DNA of 15,119 nucleotides from Nitrospinota bacterium (GTDB lineage Bacteria; UBA8248): NCBI GenBank assembly GCA_036231405.1, contig JAZAHK010000031.1, positions 1 to 15,119 of the forward strand, read 5' to 3'. Shown piece by piece: positions 8,237 to 15,119 of this stretch (position 1 is its first letter; each line of letters starts with the position of its first letter). The notes under the pieces were generated by a model. It saw only the letters and a program-made list of their open reading frames with translations, ran no database searches and was not told where the DNA came from. The position numbers and the translations under genes were made by a program.

Positions 8237-9769
8237 CTACTTCAATGGATAAACACTTCCAGAACTCAATCCCCCGAAAAGTTTTCTACATGACTCATCA
8301 ACACTAGCTGCATTTCGTCTTAAATTTTCTGCCTCACCAATACTAGGATCATTTTTTTCAATAGGATCTTTCCCTTCCTGATGTTTCCATTTCAAATAAG
8401 ACAATGCCTGACTAGGGAACATAGCATAAGAAATAACATCTCGTTCTGAGTTGCAAAGATTTTCCATTTCCAAATCTTCCCTAGAAGAATTCATAGAATC
8501 AGAAGGGATTTCAAGGGGATTGTCATAATCAATCTTATCGGAATGCCCTAAAATATGCATTTGCAGCTCTTTATCAATTTCACCAGGTGGTTTTCCATAA
8601 ACTCCATTTACATAATCCATAACTTGTTTAGATCTTTCGTAATCTTTGCCATGCAAAACTGTAAGGGCTGTTTCCACACCAACTATTTGACTTGTCGGCG
8701 TTACCATTGGTGGGTACCCAAGTTTTTCCCATATAATCGGAAATAAATCCAACACTTCTTGATCTCTCCCTTTTAAACCCATGTTAGAAAGTTGGACAAT
8801 GAAATTACTCCACATACCTCCAGGAATTTTGTGTTCTAATACACCAGTACCAACGGGAATATTAGAATCTGCCAGATGTCTCTCTTTTGCATAAGGGAGA
8901 AAATATTCATTCATTTCAGCAAAAATATTTTTATCAAGAGTCACTTCATAATCTGTTCCAATAAACATATTGGATAAAGTTTCAACAGAAGAAAGAGAAG
9001 TAAATTCACTCATACAAGAAATAACGCCATCTATAACATTAGCTCCTGCATTCACAGCGGAAAAGCACGTCACAGGTGCTAGTCCAGAACAATAGTGACA
9101 ATGAATTTGAATCATTAAGTTTGGATATTTAGTCCGTAGTGAACTTACTATCTGTGCAACAATATTTGGTTTTGCTACACCTGCCATATCTTTGATACAG
9201 AAACTTTCATTCGAGGAATTTGGATCAAGTAATTTTTTTTCCACGAGAGTTTCTACAAAATCTACATAATAAGAGACAGTGTGAAATGGACTCTCTGTAT
9301 AACTTGCACATACCTGGCTATGAGCACCACTATCGCGAACAAAATGTATAGGATTTTCAAGATTACGAATATCATTCATAGCATCAAATATTCTAAAAAT
9401 TTCTATTCCAGAACGATGAGCTTCCTTAATAAATGCGAACAAAACATCATTTGATATTTTTGAATATCCAACTCCATTTTGACCACGAAGTAGCATTTGT
9501 AACGGAGTTTTGACAGCAAGTTTTTTAATTCTATCGAGATTCTCCCATGGATCTTCTCTTAAAAAACGAAGAGCAGTATCAAACGTAGCTCCACCCCAAA
9601 CTTCCAGGGAGAAAAAACCAACTTCATCTATTGCTGGAAATGCACCAAGTGCCATTTTATTAGGCATTCTCGTTGCCCACAGTGACTGGGGAGCATCTCT
9701 AAGAGTCGTATCCGAAATACCTATTTTTGTGGATTTCAACAGTTCTGACACTCTGTCATGAACATTCAT
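8237..9769 (-). CDS. Carboxyltransferase subunit of the pyruvate carboxylase B / oxaloacetate decarboxylase alpha / transcarboxylase 5S family, without biotinyl domain
   Basis: DTTLRDAPQSLWATRM, EVWGGATFD, QMLLRGQN, RIFDAMND, CIKDMAG, HCH, PGGM.SN, GYPPMVTPTSQIVG; no AMKM motif. ATG at 9769 preferred over the TTG at 9805 (start uncertain). Confidence 0.9.
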   Translation of the reverse strand: MNVHDRVSELLKSTKIGISDTTLRDAPQSLWATRMPNKMALGAFPAIDEVGFFSLEVWGGATFDTALRFLREDPWENLDRIKKLAVKTPLQMLLRGQNGVGYSKISNDVLFAFIKEAHRSGIEIFRIFDAMNDIRNLENPIHFVRDSGAHSQVCASYTESPFHTVSYYVDFVETLVEKKLLDPNSSNESFCIKDMAGVAKPNIVAQIVSSLRTKYPNLMIQIHCHYCSGLAPVTCFSAVNAGANVIDGVISCMSEFTSLSSVETLSNMFIGTDYEVTLDKNIFAEMNEYFLPYAKERHLADSNIPVGTGVLEHKIPGGMWSNFIVQLSNMGLKGRDQEVLDLFPIIWEKLGYPPMVTPTSQIVGVETALTVLHGKDYERSKQVMDYVNGVYGKPPGEIDKELQMHILGHSDKIDYDNPLEIPSDSMNSSREDLEMENLCNSERDVISYAMFPSQALSYLKWKHQEGKDPIEKNDPSIGEAENLRRNAASVDESCRKLFGGLSSGSVYPLK

Positions 9770-9812
9770 CTGCACATTTTCCAATGAAATTAAATATAAA
9801 CTCAATCATAAC

Positions 9813-9826
9813 TATTGTATACAATA
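9813..9826. promoter_or_regulatory. Perfect 14-bp palindrome TATTGTATACAATA, candidate GntR/FadR-type operator
   Basis: Exact self-reverse-complement in the divergent intergenic region; TTGTATACAA core resembles known FadR-subfamily GntR boxes. Confidence 0.55.
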
Positions 9827-9963
9827 TACTAATTTATGATAACAAATACATTTTTGCAATACTTTCATTATTTTATTTTACCCCTATTTTTTTATTGCAT
9901 GTTTGGAATTTTATATTACAATGAATGTATTCTTATTTTAAATTAAACAAACGGAGATCTGTC

Positions 9964-10959
9964 ATGAATGTTCAAAAAAGGATTCTTGCTATTGCGGTAA
10001 CTGCTATTACTGTAAGTTTCATTGCTACTCTTGCTAGCGCAGCTACCAACATAACTATTGTTGGTGCAGGTAAAGGTGCTGGTGCTTTCCGTATGGCAGC
10101 TGGTCTTGCTGAGGCTGTAAATAAATCCAGCAAAACCGTAAACGTTACTAATCGTGAATCAAAAGGATTTGTTGCGAATACTCGTTTTGTTGCCAACAAT
10201 CGTTCAGAGATTGGTATGACAAATGGTATTTTCGTTGATTTTATCCAGCGCGGTAAAAAACCATTCCATAAAGGAAAACCAAAAAATACAATTCGAGGAA
10301 TTGGTCCTGTTTCTACCTCATGGTTCCAAGTAACAACATTCCAAAAATCTGGGATTAAAACATACCACGATTTAGCAGGAAAAAGATTCAATATGGGGCC
10401 ACGCGGAAGTTCTACATTATTTATGACTAAATTTATTACTGATGGAATCGGAATTACAGGAAAAATCCAAAAAAACTATCTAGGCTGGGCACAAGCTGCA
10501 ACCAATATGATTGATGGTAAACTAGATGCATTTGGAATTCCAAATCCTGTTCCATCACCCTCAATTCTTCGTGCATCCCGTAGTAAACCAATTCATATCC
10601 TTAGCATCCCTGACAAGATTCGAGATAAGTTTGTGGCAATGAGTTCTGGGTATTACAAGGACAATAAAGACGCTAGCCCATACAACGGGATGAAAGGCAA
10701 AAAGTTTAAAACAGTCGCCTATACTATTTTTGCTGTTACAAACAAGAATGTTCCAAACGATGTAATTTACGAAGTAACAAGACGTGTCTACGATCCGAAA
10801 AATCGAAATTTTCTCATCAACGTATTTAAAGGATGGAAAATCGGACTAGATTTTGCCAAAAAATCTGGTGCATTTATTCAACAAATGAAGAATTTCAATA
10901 TGAATCTTCATCCTGGTGCTGCCCGGTATTGGAAATCTAAAGGATACAAAGTTAACTAA
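9964..10959 (+). CDS. TAXI-family TRAP transporter solute-binding protein
   Basis: Signal peptide ending ASA|A; ESKGFVAN, SGIKTYHDLAGKRFNMGPRGSS, DGKLDA, NDVIYEVT, LHPGAARYWKSKG; RBS GGAG upstream of ATG 9964 (preferred over 9925). Confidence 0.92.
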   Translation: MNVQKRILAIAVTAITVSFIATLASAATNITIVGAGKGAGAFRMAAGLAEAVNKSSKTVNVTNRESKGFVANTRFVANNRSEIGMTNGIFVDFIQRGKKPFHKGKPKNTIRGIGPVSTSWFQVTTFQKSGIKTYHDLAGKRFNMGPRGSSTLFMTKFITDGIGITGKIQKNYLGWAQAATNMIDGKLDAFGIPNPVPSPSILRASRSKPIHILSIPDKIRDKFVAMSSGYYKDNKDASPYNGMKGKKFKTVAYTIFAVTNKNVPNDVIYEVTRRVYDPKNRNFLINVFKGWKIGLDFAKKSGAFIQQMKNFNMNLHPGAARYWKSKGYKVN

Positions 10960-10977
10960 TCTAGCTTCTGGCTAATT

Positions 10978-11033
10978 TCGTCCCCCTTTTCGACAAAGAC
11001 TATTCTTTTTCGATTTTGGGGGGACGATTTTTT
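10978..11033 (+). terminator. Stem-loop with U-tract between TAXI receptor and permease genes
   Basis: TCGTCCCCC (10978-10986) pairs with GGGGGACGA (11019-11027), inner AAAGA/TCTTT pairing, followed by TTTTTT. Confidence 0.65.
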
Positions 11034-11059
11034 GTAGCAGGTTTTGCAAAGGAGTTGCA

Positions 11060-13642
11060 ATGGGAAAATTTTTCAATTTTCTCTGGGTGTGGATTCGATT
11101 CATTTTTTCTCCCGACTTATCTGATCGAAGAAACCTTTCAACGGGGTTCCAAAAAAAGAACATTCCTGTATGGCTTTTTCTAGCCCTTTTACTCTTAGTT
11201 TATATCCTTTTTATTGGTAGCAAAAAATTCAACTTGTACCTTCCTTATGAAATTGGATGGGAGCGGCAAGATGTACTTTTCCCTGCACTTGACCTCTGGC
11301 TTTACGCATTAATCTTACTGTACATAAGCGGACTTTGTCTTTTTCCTAAAATTACTACTCTACTCTCTTGTCTTTTGTTTGCTTTCTATTTTTTATACGG
11401 AGCGGCAAACCAGGCCCCTGTTGACTTTGGTCTTGGTTTTGGGGAAGTTATTGTCTATATCATTTCACCTTTCCTTAGTGCATCTGTAGAAAAATCTCTT
11501 TCGGCAATCTGGGAAACACTTCACTTTCCAGGCCTATCTATCTATGCATTCCATTTTTACTTGCCTTTATATGTTGTATTTACGGCAATACTCACATTCA
11601 TTTTTTATCCTGCACGTCTAGGAGCACCTAAAACACGCCCCTCATCCGTCGATCTCATTCTGTGTGCTTGCGTCATAGTGATGACAGTGGAATACATCAT
11701 GAATTTTGCGGATCGAGGAGATCGTTCTGGATTAGTTCTTTGGCCGGACGTTTTCATGGGAACAATTGGAATTATTATTTCCATAGAAATGTGCCGGCGA
11801 ATTTTAGGTTGGGTACTTCCCTTTCTTGGAATTTTTTTCTTTTATTATGCGATGTACGGAAATTATTTTCCAGGTCGCTTACTTCATAAGGGGTTTACCT
11901 ACAATGAAGTGACTAACTTTGTCTATGGCAATGACGGGATCTTTGGAGTTATTGCAAATGTATATGCTAGTTATGTATTTTTATTTATTCTCTTTGGCGT
12001 CTTCCTCGAGAAAACAAAAGTAGGCGATGTATTCATCGATCTTTCTTATGCATTGGTAGGTCGATTAAGGGGCGGGGCTGCTAAAGCATCTGTGGTCTCT
12101 AGTGGATTAGTAGGATCGGTTGTAGGCAGCGGCGCTGCGAATATCGTCATTACAGGAACTTTTACTATTCCCCTTATGAAAAGAGCTGGATTTAAACCTC
12201 ATTATGCTGCAGCTGTAGAGGCTGTTTCTTCCATTGGCGGTCACCTATTGCCACCTATTATGGGTTCGGCTGCTTTTCTTGTAGCTGCATTTACAGAAAT
12301 TGAATACGGCTGGATTGCACTCGTTTCCCTGGTTCCTGCACTCATGTATTACTTCGCAGTCTATATGTCTGTTCATTTTCGTTCGGGAATGGATAATATT
12401 CATGGGTTACCAAAAGAGGAATTGCCAAGTCTTCTTCCTTTGCTAAAAAAAGATGGTTATTTACTTCTCCCTGTTGTCTTGCTCATTTTACGATTGATAG
12501 TCGGTCGTTCCCCGTTCGATGCTGCATTATGGTCTATCATACTGGCCGTTGTGCTTGGTTTCTTAAGGGAAGATACAAGACTTATGTCCTTTCCATCAAT
12601 TATAGCAAAAGCAATTGGGCGACCTGAATGGAGTACACAAAACGACAGAATAAAATTTCAAGCTACGAAAATCCTTAAAGATAATATCGATGCTGGGAAA
12701 AGTATCGAAGAGGCAGAAAAAGTAACCTCTGAATACATAGAGAATGTAAAAAGTGCCTATGAATACAGTTTCATGAAAGAAAACTGGACACTTTTTCCTG
12801 GATTGGCACTTTTGATTATACTTCCTTTTGGCGGTCATACTATCTATGAATCCATGTTCTGGGCTCTCATTACTATTGCCATTTTATCATCCCCGCAACT
12901 TATTGACGGTCTTGAAAAAGGTGCTATCAATTCTCTTATTATTGGCGTAACTGCAGGAGTGATGGGTATCGTTCTCGCTGGTGTTTCGATGCCTGGACTC
13001 GGCATCAAATTCTCCTCTATCATTCTTGGATACTCTAACTTCCTGGATAATGCGCTTGGAATAACTGGCACGGCACTACCGGTAGCGATTTTTCTTTGCG
13101 CTGCTGCGAGTTACATCATGGGTATGGGAATGACAATCACGGCTAGCTACGTTCTACTCTCCATACTTGCCGTTCCTGCTCTCGTAGAACTTGGAGTCCC
13201 TTTATTGAGCGCACATTTGATGATTTTATGGTTAAGCCAAGATGCATCCCTTACCCCACCATTTGCATTAGGGGCGTTTATTGCAGCAGGTCTTGCAGGG
13301 GCAGATCCAATGAAAGCTGGATTCTCTGCACTAAAACTCGCAAAAGCTCTGTATGTAGTTCCTTTTTTGATGGCATATACTCCTATCAATATGACAAAGG
13401 GCGCTGATTGGTATGATATTGGAATTGTCTGGATTACTGGATTCATGGGATTCTTTTGCGCTTCTGCTTCTCTCGAAGGTTACGTACGGCGTAAGTTGTA
13501 TATTATTGAAAGAATAATCTTTGCTATTGCTAGTATTCTTTTATTCTTCTACGTTCCTTGGATGAAAATTACGGGCACTTTGATAATGATAGGAATGCTT
13601 ACGATCCAGTATATGGGAAAAAAACATTTAGCTCATAACTGA
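11060..13642 (+). CDS. TRAP transporter fused (4TM/12TM, DctQM) permease
   Basis: YVFLFILFGVFLE..G, GGAAKASVVSS..GS..GSGAAN...TGTFTIPLMKRAGF, EAVSSIGG..LPPIMGSAAF, GMGMT.TASY, LTPPFALGAF.AAG.AGADPMK; RBS AAGGAG. Confidence 0.93.
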   Translation: MGKFFNFLWVWIRFIFSPDLSDRRNLSTGFQKKNIPVWLFLALLLLVYILFIGSKKFNLYLPYEIGWERQDVLFPALDLWLYALILLYISGLCLFPKITTLLSCLLFAFYFLYGAANQAPVDFGLGFGEVIVYIISPFLSASVEKSLSAIWETLHFPGLSIYAFHFYLPLYVVFTAILTFIFYPARLGAPKTRPSSVDLILCACVIVMTVEYIMNFADRGDRSGLVLWPDVFMGTIGIIISIEMCRRILGWVLPFLGIFFFYYAMYGNYFPGRLLHKGFTYNEVTNFVYGNDGIFGVIANVYASYVFLFILFGVFLEKTKVGDVFIDLSYALVGRLRGGAAKASVVSSGLVGSVVGSGAANIVITGTFTIPLMKRAGFKPHYAAAVEAVSSIGGHLLPPIMGSAAFLVAAFTEIEYGWIALVSLVPALMYYFAVYMSVHFRSGMDNIHGLPKEELPSLLPLLKKDGYLLLPVVLLILRLIVGRSPFDAALWSIILAVVLGFLREDTRLMSFPSIIAKAIGRPEWSTQNDRIKFQATKILKDNIDAGKSIEEAEKVTSEYIENVKSAYEYSFMKENWTLFPGLALLIILPFGGHTIYESMFWALITIAILSSPQLIDGLEKGAINSLIIGVTAGVMGIVLAGVSMPGLGIKFSSIILGYSNFLDNALGITGTALPVAIFLCAAASYIMGMGMTITASYVLLSILAVPALVELGVPLLSAHLMILWLSQDASLTPPFALGAFIAAGLAGADPMKAGFSALKLAKALYVVPFLMAYTPINMTKGADWYDIGIVWITGFMGFFCASASLEGYVRRKLYIIERIIFAIASILLFFYVPWMKITGTLIMIGMLTIQYMGKKHLAHN

Positions 13643-13643
13643 G

Positions 13644-14705
13644 GTGAAATTGAAAAAGTCCACTCGGCAGTTTACGAAATCTTGTACTTTTTTAACTGGT
13701 GGAGACGTTGCACCTGATAGAAAGAGTAGCAAAAACCTTCTTGGCAAAACTGCAACACTTTTCAAAAAAGCAGATTATTCTTTTGTGAACCTCGAACACA
13801 ATTTATCGAAAAGTGGTACCCTGATGAAAGGAAAACCAACCCATCACCGCGGAAAGCCAGAGTTAATTAAAGGATTTATTGAGGCTGGTTTTGATGCTCT
13901 TATAATTGCAAACAACCATATGATGGACTTTGGAGTAGAGTCATTCTACGACACACTGGAACTATTAAAAGAAAAAGGAATCCCATTTACCGGTGCTGGA
14001 AAGAATTTGAAAGAAGCAAAAACACCTGTAGCGCTTACTAGAAACGGCTTGAAAATTGGGCTCCTTGCATATACCACAACACTACCCCAAGGTTCTGCAG
14101 CAGATATAAAAGAACCAGGAGTAAACCCAATGAGAGTACATACACACTACACCCCCATTCGAAACCCTGTTGAATATCCAGGCTCAGAAATGTTAATCAA
14201 CACTAAAACTGTTCCAACTGACCTTGCTCGTATGAAACGTGAAATTTCAACCCTTAAGAAAAAGACCGATGTTGTATTAGTTTACAACCACTGGGGTTCC
14301 AGCATGTCTCATGATGTTTCTGACTACCAGCAAGAAATCGGACATGCTGCAGTCGATGCAGGTGCGTGTGCTGTTTTTGGAGGACACCAGCACGTCTTGC
14401 AAGGAATAGAATTTTATAAAGGATGCCCTATCGTCCACTGTACGGGAAATCTCATTTTTGACATTGTCGAGCCTTTTTTTACAGAAGCTACACACCAAAC
14501 TTTTTTATTCGGAGGAACGCTCTCCAAAAAAGGAATCATCGACCCTTACATCATTCCCTGCCGCTGCGGTATCGGAAATGCCCCTAAAATCCTCTCCCCT
14601 TTAACTGGAGACGGGAAAGAAATCACTAGATTCCTAGGTGAACTTTCCAAACCTTTCGGCACAAGTTTGAAAATTAGCAAAGGTAAAATTTTTCTTACTT
14701 CTTAG
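13644..14705 (+). CDS. CapA (PGA_cap) family metallophosphoesterase-fold protein
   Basis: GGDV, VNLE, ANNHMMDFG, GAGKNLKEA, HWG, GGHQHV.QGIE.YKG.PI, GNLIFD; no signal peptide; start GTG 13644 or TTG 13650. Confidence 0.9.
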   Translation: MKLKKSTRQFTKSCTFLTGGDVAPDRKSSKNLLGKTATLFKKADYSFVNLEHNLSKSGTLMKGKPTHHRGKPELIKGFIEAGFDALIIANNHMMDFGVESFYDTLELLKEKGIPFTGAGKNLKEAKTPVALTRNGLKIGLLAYTTTLPQGSAADIKEPGVNPMRVHTHYTPIRNPVEYPGSEMLINTKTVPTDLARMKREISTLKKKTDVVLVYNHWGSSMSHDVSDYQQEIGHAAVDAGACAVFGGHQHVLQGIEFYKGCPIVHCTGNLIFDIVEPFFTEATHQTFLFGGTLSKKGIIDPYIIPCRCGIGNAPKILSPLTGDGKEITRFLGELSKPFGTSLKISKGKIFLTS

Positions 14706-14788
14706 AATAAAGATATTTCAATAAAAATTTATGCTATTATTTTAAAATACCAACAGAGGGTTCAACTATGTACCAAGGTCCTATTATC

Positions 14789-14976
14789 TCTACGACACAC
14801 TGGAACTATTAAAAGAAAAAGAAATTCCATTTACGGGTGCTGGGAAGAATCTTACAGAAGCGAATGCACCTGTCCTACTTACTAGAAACGGCTTGAAAAT
14901 AGGGCTCCTTGCCTATACCACCACACTTCCCCAAGGTTCTGCAGCAGGTACAAAAGAACCAGGGGTGAATCCAATG
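14789..14976 (+). pseudogene. Diverged direct copy of an internal capA segment (13945-14132); gene fragment with no start codon
   Basis: Ungapped alignment at offset 844; by hand count 23 mismatches in 186 nt (62 codons); frame runs from TAA 14743-14745 to TAG 14995-14997 with no start codon upstream of the homology. Confidence 0.85.
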
Positions 14977-14989
14977 GGAGGAAACGGTC

Positions 14990-15119
14990 CTGCTTAGATT
15001 CTTTGCCATAGGCTCACTGTTTGTGCTGCTGATTGCTTTGGTTGCCTTCTCCGGAGGCAAGGCGCTAGCCCAGAGTGGCAAGCAAACTTCAGGGCAGCAT
15101 ATTTATCCGGGAGTAACCT
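14990..15119 (+). CDS. 5' end of a putative exported protein, apparent CTG start, runs off window
   Basis: GGAGG at 14977-14981, 8-nt spacer, CTG; translation (M)LRFFAIGSLFVLLIALVAFSGGKALA|QSGKQTSGQHIYPGVT has n/h/c signal-peptide regions and an A-x-A site; no stop to window end. Confidence 0.55.
   Translation, partial: MLRFFAIGSLFVLLIALVAFSGGKALAQSGKQTSGQHIYPGVT

Noticed and set aside
13640-13646. Read-through of the permease TGA into capA
   Set aside because: capA is in a different frame, the permease C-terminus looks complete, and there is no redox motif or obvious SECIS
13644-14705. Poly-gamma-glutamate capsule locus
   Set aside because: No capB/capC in the window and no membrane anchor
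1052-14705. Frequent TAG stops (7 of 13 genes) as a sign of pyrrolysine recoding
   Set aside because: They fall at plausible natural C-termini, several abutting neighbouring genes; small sample and no pyl genes
13945-14980. capA repeat pair as a diversity-generating retroelement TR/VR
   Set aside because: Only 12 of 23 mismatches are at adenines of the gene copy and fewer at adenines of the downstream copy; changes are mostly synonymous; no reverse transcriptase in the window
367-15081. Other short overlapping ORFs (367-615, 401-625, 2243-2467, 3863-4066, 8555-8746, 9510-9761, 9727-9924, 9972-10391, 10972-11163, 11662-11889, 12596-13446, 14277-14498, 14875-15081)
   Set aside because: They overlap well-supported genes or regulatory DNA on another strand or frame and have no recognisable motifs
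1-15119. CRISPR array, tRNA/rRNA (including selC), IS element
   Set aside because: No regularly spaced repeats, cloverleaf or transposase/integrase ORF seen by eye; intergenic spaces are short

Overview
AT-rich bacterial DNA, standard genetic code (Trp=TGG; TAA, TAG and TGA all used as stops), dominated by uptake and catabolic genes. In order: a lysine-rich hypothetical protein and a cupin (+); a Dpp/Opp-type ABC binding protein and two permeases with no ATPase (-); a divergent operon encoding an AhpD/CMD-family protein, a second CMD-family protein, an MBL-fold protein and an aldo/keto reductase (+); a stand-alone biotin-enzyme carboxyltransferase subunit (-); and a TAXI-TRAP transporter with a CapA-family metallophosphoesterase (+). 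Main observation: the ORFs at 5218-5466 and 5521-5871 are one reading frame with an in-frame TGA in a C-x-x-U motif, followed by a bacterial SECIS-like hairpin, so this is a probable AhpD-like selenoprotein split by the ORF track. Its MBL-fold operon partner has three canonical metal ligands replaced by Asn. The 3' end is a mosaic: an orphan gene start, a diverged internal copy of 62 capA codons, then GC-richer DNA beginning a signal-peptide ORF with an apparent CTG start.
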